Shown here in pieces: positions 33,544 to 43,063 of a stretch of 64,000 nucleotides of DNA. A model generated the notes under the pieces. The model did not search any database. It had not been told where the DNA came from and worked only from the letters and a program-made list of their open reading frames with translations. The first letter of the stretch is position 1; the number at the start of each line of letters is the position of its first letter. Origin of the DNA: Rebecca billardiae RCC1528. Its lineage: Eukaryota; Protista; Haptophyta. The position numbers and the translations under genes were made by a program. Where the stretch lies: the NCBI GenBank assembly GCA_965240325.2, contig OZ251224.1:868001-932000 (forward strand), given 5' to 3'.

Positions 33544-36500
33544 TCACTGCGTCAGATCGATGACATCGTCGTCGTGATCATCGTGTAGCCGAGCTTGATC
33601 GCCTCGCCTGCCTCCGACGACAACGCGTTCGGCCAGCCCGTTGCGATGCCCGCTCCGCCCCGCCTCGTGCTCGGACGCGCGGCCCGCGTCGCGAGGCTCA
33701 GGCTGTGCCGCCGGTGCTGGCCCGGCCGGTCGGGCGCCGGCGTCCCGCCCCGGCCCAGCTGCTTGCGGAGCCGAGGGCTGCGCTGGGCCCGGCGCCTCAG
33801 GCTCAGGCGGATCCGCGGCCGGCGAGTCCGGCAGACCTCCGGCGCGCGCGCCAGGCACAGTGTGCCTTACCGTCGGGTCGCTGAACTGCGTGAGCGCGCG
33901 GCCAGTCGCCCTGCACAGCGCGCGCACGCGGAACGCCACGAGGTCGCCTTGCGGCAGCTCCGTCTTCCTGCACCTGAGCGTGAGGATGCGCCGGCTCCCC
34001 TCGCTGCTGGTCCACTCGCCCCAGCCTGTGCCGTCCGAGGCATCCGCGACAGTGCCCGCGGGCGCGGTGCGCCACTGCACCTCGTACATCACGCCGTCGC
34101 TGCCGTCGTCGTCGCTCCCGGCCGCGTCCGGCGAAGGCGGGTAGAAGGGGGTCCATTCGATCCGCACCTCGCCTGGAGTGCGGTGCGAGAGGTGCCGCCA
34201 GGGCGTGCGAAGGCGGGGCAGGCCGGGCGATGGCGTGCGCGGCGGCGGCGTGGCTCGCGCTGCCGGCTCGGCCGCCGCCGCTCCCGCCCCGACACCGCTG
34301 CTGGCGGTGCTGGCGCCGGTGCGCGGCATCTGCGCAGGGCGTGCGCCCGGCATGGCAGTGCCGCCGCCGCCCTCGTCGCCACCGCCGCCCTCGTCGCCGC
34401 CCTCGTCCTCGTCCTCCTCCTCGTCGGTGAGGCTGATCACGTGCTGTGGGCTCGGCGCGCGGGGCGCGGGCGCCCTTGCGCCCCGCGTCTCCGGTGCGGG
34501 CCGCGCTGGCCGCGTACGAGCTCGCGCCTCCGCCTCCGCGCGTGGCCCAGCGGCGCCGCCCTCGACGCGCGCGGGCTGCGGCAGGGGTGGCGGCGCGGGC
34601 GGCGGCGGCGCGCGGGGCGGCGGCGCGGGCGGCGCGGCAGGCGGCGGTGCCCCCGGCGCTGGCAGCGGCGCCGGGGCGGGCGGTGCGCCGTCATTGGCAG
34701 CCGCGCCGTCCACGTCGTACCCCGGCCCGTCATACGCGAGCAGCCCGAGCGGGCGCGGGCGCACCAGCCCGCAGTCGCACCAGCCGTGGTGCTCCGCGTG
34801 CGCATGCAGCCGCGCCGCGCGCTCCAGCCCGAACTCCTTGGTGAGCGCGTACACCCTCTCCGCGCCCTTGCCAGCCTTCCTGCCCGAGAAGGGCTGCACC
34901 CACGACTCACGCGGCGGGTCGGGCGCGACGAGCATCTTCTGCACGGAGGCGAAGCCGTCGTACAGCCCGGCCTGCCCGGCGAAGCCGCCTGTCCGCGCAA
35001 ACAGGTCCTCCGTGCACAGCCGGCCGTCGTTCGCCAGCTGCATCAGCTTCTCCTTGGGCGCGGCCGCGGCCTTGCGCGCCTCCTGCAGCGTGGGGCGGGT
35101 GCCGTGCAGCCGCGCCAACTGCCGCTCTGCCTCCACCCAGCGCCGGTGCATCACGACGAGGATGGCGAAGTTGCACGAGCGCTCGCGCGGGAAGTACGCG
35201 CCCTCCTTGGCCAGCCTCAGCTTGGCGCACACCGCCTTGACCCCGCCGTGCTTGCCCACCGCTCTCTCCAGGTCGGCGCGGCCGCCCGCCTTGAGCTGCC
35301 GCCCGCTCGGCATTGAGGCCTCGAGCTCAGCGCTGTGCTGCGCGATGAAGGCGCGCAGGCCGCTCTCGAGCTCCTCGAAGGGCATGATGGGCGTCGGCTG
35401 CCGCCCGCGCTTCTTGGGCGCGGGCATCGGCTGCTGCGGCGACGCTGACGCCGAAGGCGTGCCCGCCGCGGCCGCGGCCGTGGCCGCCGCGGCCGTGCCG
35501 GGCTTGGTGGCGCGCGCCGCCCAGCCCGGCAGACCGTCCAAGCGCGCCTGCGCCGACGCGCCGCCGGTGCTGGGGTGCGCAGCCGCCGCGGGCGAGGGCC
35601 CCGTCGGCCCGGCCGCGCCCTCGCCGGCGCCCGCGCGCCACCGGATGCTCGGCGGGAGCGCGAAGCCGTCGACCGGCGCCGCCGCGCCGCTGCTCAGCGC
35701 CGCCTTCTGTCGCTCCGCCTCGGCCGCCAGCCAGTTGCACGTGGCCGCGAGCGACGCCGTGTGGACCACCTCGAAGCCCGCGGCTGGGAGGGCGTCGACC
35801 GCGCCCAGCACGTCGTCGACCGAGGCGTACTGGTTCGCGCAGCCACCCACGCCCTGCCCCGTGCAGCTCCCGCAGCCGCACCGGTACGCCGGCGGCGGGC
35901 TGGCGCCCTCCACGATGTAGACAAGACGCACGGCCGGCGCGGCGGCGCGCGCCGAGCCGCTCGACATCTCGCGCGCGGTGCGCTTCATGGCGGCCTGCTG
36001 CGAGGTCCAGCGGCCGTCGCGCAGCGAGGCGCCGACGTCGACCATCGACTTGCGCTCGATGAGCAGCGGCAGCGCCCGCCGCGCGCCGTCCGCGCCCTGG
36101 CACACGAACAGGTAGTCGCCCAGCCCGGACGGCAGCCGGCAGGTCGCAAACGGCGAGCGCGCGCGCGCGAGGTGCGCGCACAGCAGGTGGAACTTGTCCC
36201 TGCGGAGGCCGCCGCCCTCGCGCTCGTCGACGAGCATGAGCAGCGGCGCGCTGGGACAGTGCTCTCGCACCGCGCCCGGCATCCGCGCCTCCCCCTCCGC
36301 CTCGAGCCGCGCGGCGCGCTCCGCCCCGGCGGGCAGCAGCTCCCACGTGTGCTGTGAGCTGTCCTCCACAGCCGCGCACTGCTTCTGCGCCGAGTGGCGC
36401 TTGATGTAGCGGATGCTCTCGAGCGTGACCTTGTGCTGCCACATGGCGCACTTCGCGCCGTCCGCGATCTGCTCCTCGCTCAGGAACGCCGGCGAGCGCG

Positions 36501-36897
36501 AATCCAGCAGCGCGCGCGCGCGCTCGAGCAGATATTTTTGCGGGCAGTGCTGCTGCGGGCTGCTGGCGCCGTCGCGCCCGTCCGCCTCCCACTGGCGCAG
36601 CGCGACGAGGATCGCCGCGGCCGCGGAGCTGTACCGGCCTTGCCGTGGCGGGTCATCCGAGAAGGAGCGGTCCCTCTCCACCTCCTCCAGCCGGCCGCGG
36701 ATCGTGTTGCCCACGCCCCGCACCAGCCGCTGCGCGTCCTCGGCGTTGCGCACCGCCTCGTCCTCCAGCGCGAGCATGACGGCCGCCCGGCAGGTGTGGG
36801 TGAAGGCCATGCTGTCGTGCGCATGGACCGCGAGTCGCACCGCCGAGTGCTGCAGCCCGCGGATGTAGCGGTGGCGCACGTCGGGCACGCTCGACAT
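33544..36897 (-). CDS. MUS81-like ERCC4-domain nuclease with two winged-helix-like domains and a C-terminal FN3-like domain
   Basis: N-terminal HhH (LVRGVGNTI), VDERE, GDYLF and IERKSMVDVGASLRDGRWTSQ nuclease motifs, MUS81-type winged-helix (WH) signatures, and FN3-like IEWTP..YEVQWR..VAFRVRA. Confidence 0.82.
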   Translation of the reverse strand: MSSVPDVRHRYIRGLQHSAVRLAVHAHDSMAFTHTCRAAVMLALEDEAVRNAEDAQRLVRGVGNTIRGRLEEVERDRSFSDDPPRQGRYSSAAAAILVALRQWEADGRDGASSPQQHCPQKYLLERARALLDSRSPAFLSEEQIADGAKCAMWQHKVTLESIRYIKRHSAQKQCAAVEDSSQHTWELLPAGAERAARLEAEGEARMPGAVREHCPSAPLLMLVDEREGGGLRRDKFHLLCAHLARARSPFATCRLPSGLGDYLFVCQGADGARRALPLLIERKSMVDVGASLRDGRWTSQQAAMKRTAREMSSGSARAAAPAVRLVYIVEGASPPPAYRCGCGSCTGQGVGGCANQYASVDDVLGAVDALPAAGFEVVHTASLAATCNWLAAEAERQKAALSSGAAAPVDGFALPPSIRWRAGAGEGAAGPTGPSPAAAAHPSTGGASAQARLDGLPGWAARATKPGTAAAATAAAAAGTPSASASPQQPMPAPKKRGRQPTPIMPFEELESGLRAFIAQHSAELEASMPSGRQLKAGGRADLERAVGKHGGVKAVCAKLRLAKEGAYFPRERSCNFAILVVMHRRWVEAERQLARLHGTRPTLQEARKAAAAPKEKLMQLANDGRLCTEDLFARTGGFAGQAGLYDGFASVQKMLVAPDPPRESWVQPFSGRKAGKGAERVYALTKEFGLERAARLHAHAEHHGWCDCGLVRPRPLGLLAYDGPGYDVDGAAANDGAPPAPAPLPAPGAPPPAAPPAPPPRAPPPPAPPPLPQPARVEGGAAGPRAEAEARARTRPARPAPETRGARAPAPRAPSPQHVISLTDEEEDEDEGGDEGGGGDEGGGGTAMPGARPAQMPRTGASTASSGVGAGAAAAEPAARATPPPRTPSPGLPRLRTPWRHLSHRTPGEVRIEWTPFYPPSPDAAGSDDDGSDGVMYEVQWRTAPAGTVADASDGTGWGEWTSSEGSRRILTLRCRKTELPQGDLVAFRVRALCRATGRALTQFSDPTVRHTVPGARAGGLPDSPAADPPEPEAPGPAQPSAPQAAGPGRDAGARPAGPAPAAQPEPRDAGRASEHEAGRSGHRNGLAERVVVGGRRGDQARLHDDHDDDVIDLTQ

Positions 36898-36985
36898 CTC
36901 GCTGGCCCGAGAGCGCGGCTCTTCGATCCCACGAGCTGGCGCGCGGAAGAGCTTCCGGTTTGCGGCCCCGTTTCGGCAGTTTCAG

Positions 36986-38921
36986 CAAAGGAATCAAGGG
37001 GGTAGGACGGAAACGAGACTCCCGGACTCCCCCAGCCGCTGGGGGGCCGTGTTTCGATCCGGTGCTGAGGTTGGAGCGCCCGGCGTCTCGAAGGCGCCCA
37101 CCTGGCGCCCCTCCCCGAACCGACCCCCGCCGCCCGGCGGCGTCCTGCTGGGCGCACGAGCGTGAGCTGGCCGCTGGCGTGAAGCCGAGGTGGAGCCAAC
37201 TCGTCCTTCAGCTCGCAGGCGGCCCGGCTCCTGCGACCGACCGCCCTGCGCGCGCATCCGCCTGCCTGCTTTGGTGCGGAGGCAAACCCGCACGACCCAG
37301 CCCGCCGCCGCCACGCGGCAGCCAGTCGGGGTGTCGTGTCGCGATTTGCGGGTGCGCACCCCGCGGGGCAGGTGGCACTGCCCCGCCCGGTCGCTTCTGA
37401 TCAACGAAATTCCCTCGCAAGCGCCCGCGAACGTGGATCCTCGCCGCGGGCTCGCCAGGGCCCATGTGCGCGCCCGGGTGCCCCGGTCGAGCCAGTCTGG
37501 TGCGAGCACCGAACGATGGTGCGGGCCGGAAGGCGTGGTGCGCGACGTCACCGAGGCTGCGGGCCAGCTAGGCACCGCTTGCGCGCCTACCAGTAGCCTG
37601 TGGGCCGACCACGCGTTCAACCGTGCACCCGATGGCAGTCACGGTGCTCTGCGGCTGGAGCGCGCTGTGCGCTCAGGCGCGAGCGGCCGCCAAGTTGCCG
37701 GGTAGACGCGGTGCGCACGCTATGGCAGCTGCGGATCAGCGTCGCGCGAAGCTCTGCTGCCCCCACCTGAATGCTCGCAGCACCCACCACACGGCCAGCC
37801 GGCCGCGCGCGCCGCGTGGCCACCTCATTCGCGCACAGGATCAGCTTCATTCAGAGGCGTCACAGCCGGCCGTACAACCGACAACACGTAGCCTTCTAGC
37901 GCGCGGTAGATCATCATCGACTTGAGCTTGTTCGTCCGTTCCCTCTCCGGTCTCCCGGACGTGGTGTGGCTATGAAAAAGAGCTCGAGAGTGCGCAGATG
38001 TTACGGCGCTTTCTCGCGCCGTGACTTCGAGTCTCACGTTGAGCACACAGTACAATATCCCAAGGCTCGCAGTCGTCGGGTGAGGTGGCCGCGCGGCGCG
38101 CGCGGCCGGCTGGCCGTGTGGTGGGTGCTGCGAGCATTCAGGTGGGGGCAGCAGAGCTTCGCGCGACGCTGATCCGCAGCTGCCATAGCGTGCGCACCGC
38201 GTCTACCCGGCAACTTGGCGGCCGCTCGCGCCTGAGCGCACAGCGCGCTCCAGCCGCAGAGCACCGTGACTGCCATCGGGTGCACGGTTGAACGCGTGGT
38301 CGGCCCACAGGCTACTGGTAGGCGCGCAAGCGGTGCCTAGCTGGCCCGCAGCCTCGGTGACGTCGCGCACCACGCCTTCCGGCCCGCACCATCGTTCGGT
38401 GCTCGCACCAGACTGGCTCGACCGGGGCACCCGGGCGCGCACATGGGCCCTGGCGAGCCCGCGGCGAGGATCCACGTTCGCGGGCGCTTGCGAGGGAATT
38501 TCGTTGATCAGAAGCGACCGGGCGGGGCAGTGCCACCTGCCCCGCGGGGTGCGCACCCGCAAATCGCGACACGACACCCCGACTGGCTGCCGCGTGGCGG
38601 CGGCGGGCTGGGTCGTGCGGGTTTGCCTCCGCACCAAAGCAGGCAGGCGGATGCGCGCGCAGGGCGGTCGGTCGCAGGAGCCGGGCCGCCTGCGAGCTGA
38701 AGGACGAGTTGGCTCCACCTCGGCTTCACGCCAGCGGCCAGCTCGCGCTCGTGCGCCCAGCAGGACGCCGCCGGGCGGCGGGGGTCGGTTCGGGGAGGGG
38801 CGCCAGGTGGGCGCCTTCGAGACGCCGGGCGCTCCAACCTCAGCACCGGATCGAAACACGGCCCCCCAGCGGCTGGGGGGTCCGGGAGTCTCGTTTCCGT
38901 CCTACCCCCTTGATTCCTTTG
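36986..38921. mobile_element. 1.9 kb foldback element with ~840-bp TIRs and 7-bp TSD GTTTCAG (P-element-like termini)
   Basis: Arms 36986-37827 and 38081-38921 are near-perfect inverted copies with ends CAAAGGAATC...GATTCCTTTG. GTTTCAG occurs at 36979-36985 and 38922-38928. Confidence 0.92.
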
Positions 38922-39193
38922 GTTTCAGGTGACAAATCGGACAATGCATGCTGGGGTTGCACATCAGATTCCGTCCGGGTGGGCGGACGTCGCGTGTGCG
39001 GGAGCCGCTATCTTTTCCGTGCTGGCAACCAGTGGCGGCAACCGTCTGTCTGTCGCGTGCGCGGGCGCCCGCTCCATCTCGCGGCCAGCACTGCAAAGGA
39101 GCAGCTTTACTTATTGGCCCACCAGCTCGTCCACCCCAGCCCCCCCCTGCAGTGGCTGCCCGAGGCCCAGCGCCCAGCCGAGAGCGAGCACCG

Positions 39194-40123
39194 ATGTCGA
39201 TCGCGCGTTACGCAGTGACGGGCGGCGCAAGCATTGCCGCGTACGACTACGCGATGAACGACGGCTCGATGGTCTCGTCCGTCGTCAAGCAGCTCGTGAG
39301 CTCCGCGAGTGAGGGCCTTCCGCCCGGCCTGCTCGCCCTGCCGGTGAGCGCCCCAGCCATGCCATCCGTCAGCCGCGAGGTGCTCGACCTCTCGGCGAAG
39401 CTCGACCGGTTGACCGACCTCAGCCTGGGCCATCTCGCCGAGCGCGCGCGCGGTGCCCGCTTCTCGACGAGCACGCTCATCTGGGCGGCGGGCTTTGCGG
39501 TGGGCGGGCTTGCGATCTACGCGGTCGCCACCGGGCGCTGGTGGCCGACCCTGACGGCCAAGCTCGAGAATATGGAGACGTCGGTGCGCGCTGTGGACGC
39601 GAAGGTCGACGCCCGCGCGTCGGAGCTCAGCGCAGCCATGGCCGAGAACCACGCCGAGGTGATGCAGGCCGTGGCGACGGTCGGGGACTCGGTGCGCGAG
39701 GTGAGCAGCTCGGTCGAGCGGCTCGAGCAGCGGATGCAGACGGTGGAGGAGGTTGAGAAGGAGAACAACCGGGGTACGCGCGCGCGCGCGCAGCTGGGCG
39801 AGCCGGCGCAGCACATGCCGCGCCGCGCCGCGCGCCCGCCTCGCCCTCGCTCACCCGCGCGCCCGCGCCGGCCTGTGCGCGCAGGCATCCATATCCTCTG
39901 CGAGGTCGTGGCGAGTAACCTGGACCTGCGGCAGTGCCCGGCGCCGGTGCTCAAGCGGCTGCACGACTTCTCGGGCAGCGAGTACGCCGTGCAGCCCGCG
40001 CAGATCGAGGCGCACGTGCAGCCCGTCGACAGGCCCATGCAGCCCGGCCCATCCAGCCCCAACGAGGCTGCGTCCAGCTTGATGGCCTACCTCACCCAGC
40101 CCGCAGCCTCGGCGCGCCCGTGA
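39194..40123 (+). CDS. DUF1664-like coiled-coil membrane protein; intron 39774-39884
   Basis: TM segment LIWAAGFAVGGLAIY, long coiled coil, and NNRG|IHILCEVV resembling the DUF1664 C-terminal motif. Confidence 0.6.
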   Translation: MSIARYAVTGGASIAAYDYAMNDGSMVSSVVKQLVSSASEGLPPGLLALPVSAPAMPSVSREVLDLSAKLDRLTDLSLGHLAERARGARFSTSTLIWAAGFAVGGLAIYAVATGRWWPTLTAKLENMETSVRAVDAKVDARASELSAAMAENHAEVMQAVATVGDSVREVSSSVERLEQRMQTVEEVEKENNRGTRARAQLGEPAQHMPRRAARPPRPRSPARPRRPVRAGIHILCEVVASNLDLRQCPAPVLKRLHDFSGSEYAVQPAQIEAHVQPVDRPMQPGPSSPNEAASSLMAYLTQPAASARP

Positions 40124-40937
40124 GTGAGCGGCCAGGCAGCGCGGCCGGGCAGTGCATGTCTTGTGAGGCTACGCGGCAGGCGCGCACGGCTGCCGGGCGT
40201 ATCCGGGCCGTGAAGCGTGCTTGCAGTGCAGATGATGACTGGGTGATACGGGGGAGCGACGAGACGAAGCGCCGTGCTTCGGGGGCAGCTGGCAGCTGCC
40301 CGACCGACGGGGGCAAGCCTCAACGGCGAGTGCGCACAGGCCACAGCGCCCGTGCGCGGCGCGGCACTGCCACTGGCGAGTGGCCCAGCCGAACCGCGTG
40401 GCGCGCGCGCCAAGAATGCTGATGATGATGATCACAACATCATTGCCATTGGCAATGGCATTCACTCAACAATGGTCATGATTCGGTGAAGTGCCGACTA
40501 ATCGCGGATATCACCGTTACCGCCTACTCAGTCACTGCTGTAGTGGCGTACGGTGCCACGTACCGACTGACACGACTCGCCCGCTCAACGGTCTAATGCG
40601 CCCGCGATTGCCTGAGTCCGTGCCGGACGTGTCGCGCGGCGCAGCTACTAGCTAGCCTGCGGCTGCTTATGCTAGGCCGAGGGCCTTGCCAATGCCAGAG
40701 GCCGGTCCGGGTCCCGCCGGGAAATCATACTACTCTTAGTCTTACGGAAAGCCTCTGAGTCACTGATACTAGACGACACCGCCGCGTGTGCCCGTGCCCT
40801 GCCCTGCTCGAAGGCACTGTAGGCTGGCGTGCTTCCACTGACGCTGGCCTCCGGCATCGCGGCGTCCTCGCCAGCTCGCCGAGGACGACTTTTCGTCATT
40901 GGACCCTGCACCCATCGCCGCCTGAATCTCGGCGAGG

Positions 40938-41303
40938 TCATGAGGTCAGCCGCACGTCTGTGAGAAGGCGCTTTAGCTCTGGCATCATGGCCGTCGTCAT
41001 GCCGACGTTCGCGTCGCCCTCGGCCACGATGCACAGATTGAGCGTGCCGCACAGGCCATGCACAATCACCAGGTGTTCGTACGCGCTTGTGACCACGCCC
41101 TCGCCTCCGAGTCGCAACTTCCCCACCTGCTCTGCGGTCATGGCGAAGGTGGCCAGCGCCGACGGGCTGAGCTGCAAATCGACACGATCGTCACGCACGA
41201 TGCGATGGAGCTCGACGCCGTCACGATCGGAGATCACCACCGCGAGTACGCCGTGCGCGCCACGGACGAGTTGCAGTATCGCATCCGCGACGCTTGGCGG
41301 CAT
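40938..41303 (-). CDS. LAMTOR3: Ragulator subunit LAMTOR3/MP1 (roadblock fold)
   Basis: GVLAVVISDRDGV...ATFAMTAEQVGKLRLG...AEGDANVG; 121 aa. Confidence 0.85.
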   Translation of the reverse strand: MPPSVADAILQLVRGAHGVLAVVISDRDGVELHRIVRDDRVDLQLSPSALATFAMTAEQVGKLRLGGEGVVTSAYEHLVIVHGLCGTLNLCIVAEGDANVGMTTAMMPELKRLLTDVRLTS

Positions 41304-41382
41304 GGCTTCGCTTCGTCGCAAGCCGAAGACCCAGCCGATGACGGGCTCCACGATGGCGGCGACAAGTCCGAGTGGCTTGCAC

Positions 41383-42456
41383 ATGCAGTCTTACCGTGCG
41401 ACGGGCCAGGGGCGGCATTGGGTCTTCACTGAGCAGGCTCTGCACGAGGCGCGGCGTCAAGTCAACGCCTCCGCCGCGCGTGCTCTCTCCGGCCACTCGA
41501 TGGCCGATGCCGCCATCGAGCCTCTCACGGCTGAGGAGGAGCTGCAACTCGTGCGCAAGTTCCATCAGGTTGACCTGCGCGAGCTGTGCGACTGGGAGCG
41601 GCTGAAACTGCCGGCGCGCGTGAAGCACACCGCGGCCATGTTCTTCTCGCGAGTCTACCTCACGCGCTCCGTGATGGATTTCACGCCCGGCGGAGCGCTC
41701 GATCCGCGCGTGGTGATGTGCACGGTTGTGCTGATCGCGTCCAAGGCGGAGGAGATGAAGGACTTGGACGTGCGCGTGCTGGAGGAGCGCGCGAAGGTGC
41801 CGTACAAATCCATGCTCGCGCTCGAACCCGACGTGCTCGCCGCCCTGCGCTTTGACCTTTGCGTTCACACGCCTGTATCTGCACTCGCCGGCGCGCTGGC
41901 CAGCGGCACACTCGAGGCCGCAGATGACGCAGAGCTTGACTCTGATGCTGCGCGCGAGCTGCGGAGGCTGTGCGAGGCGTTCCTGGATGGGCCCGTGCGC
42001 GATTCCGACGCGATCTACCTCTTCTCACCGCAGCAGCTTGCGCTCGCCGCGCTGAGCCGCGCGTCCACGACGGCCGAATCGCCGAGTGTGCGCACGCTTG
42101 CATCAGCCCGCATTCGAGCCTGCCTTGGCGCAGCGGGCCTCGGCGGTGAAGCGGAGACGGTGCGCGCAAGAATCGATCTCGCGGCGATGACAGAGGCATC
42201 TGCGCACGGCCTGGATGACCACGCCGCACACGAGCTGTATCACCGCGTGAAGCTGTGCCACCAGTACCTCAAGACTGCGGCGGCGCACGAGACCCTGGCC
42301 AAACCGGACGCCGCCGCTGCTAGCGTGAACGAGGCGAGCAGCAAGCGGGCACGTGATGAGGCCAACGGTGGCGCACACACCGGGAGCGCCGGGCGGAGCA
42401 GTGCGGCAACTGAGGTGGACGAGCGCCCCGCCAAGGTGGCGAAGCCTGTCGGATGA
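41383..42456 (+). CDS. CCNH: Cyclin H
   Basis: MQSYRATGQGRHWVFT, LTAEEE, TAAMFFSRVYL, LIASKAEE, LRFDLCVHTP, YLFSPQQLALAAL. Confidence 0.88.
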   Translation: MQSYRATGQGRHWVFTEQALHEARRQVNASAARALSGHSMADAAIEPLTAEEELQLVRKFHQVDLRELCDWERLKLPARVKHTAAMFFSRVYLTRSVMDFTPGGALDPRVVMCTVVLIASKAEEMKDLDVRVLEERAKVPYKSMLALEPDVLAALRFDLCVHTPVSALAGALASGTLEAADDAELDSDAARELRRLCEAFLDGPVRDSDAIYLFSPQQLALAALSRASTTAESPSVRTLASARIRACLGAAGLGGEAETVRARIDLAAMTEASAHGLDDHAAHELYHRVKLCHQYLKTAAAHETLAKPDAAAASVNEASSKRARDEANGGAHTGSAGRSSAATEVDERPAKVAKPVG

Positions 42457-43063
42457 CGACGACGCCGTGCGATGCGCCCACGTTGACGGCGGACACACTC
42501 AGCGGTGGCGCGCCCGCAATCGCGCCGGTGTCGGCCTGATGACGCCTCACGGGCGAGTCGGACTGAGGCGTCTGACTCTGAGGCCCGTGGACGCCTGTTT
42601 CGCGGGTCTGGCCGGCGGCCTGTGCCAAATAAATCAGCCGACCCCTTTCTATACTTATCGTCGTAGACCTATATTGATGCTGCCTGTCCGGGCGGGTATA
42701 TATATATATAGCTTATATTATTAGCTGTCGTCGCGGCACTGCCGTGCCGCCCGTGGCGTTAGGCGTACCGTATGTCTATCAGGCGGCAGGGACGGCCCTA
42801 CTGACGCGAGTTGCTGATAAAGTATATCGACGGTCAGTCACGCCGGCATCGCCGCAACTCCAAACTCACAAACGCGCGATGATATGCGGCGATGCCGGCG
42901 GATGCCGAGCACTGCTGTATGTTGCATCGTAGACGCCAGGACAACATCTTCGTGACTTCGTCACGTACGCGTCGATCATGAGATCATTCGTTGATGATGC
43001 GGATGAAGATCATCACGACTCAGCACGCCGCACGGCGTGCTGCTCGGCGCCGCGCGAACGCTG

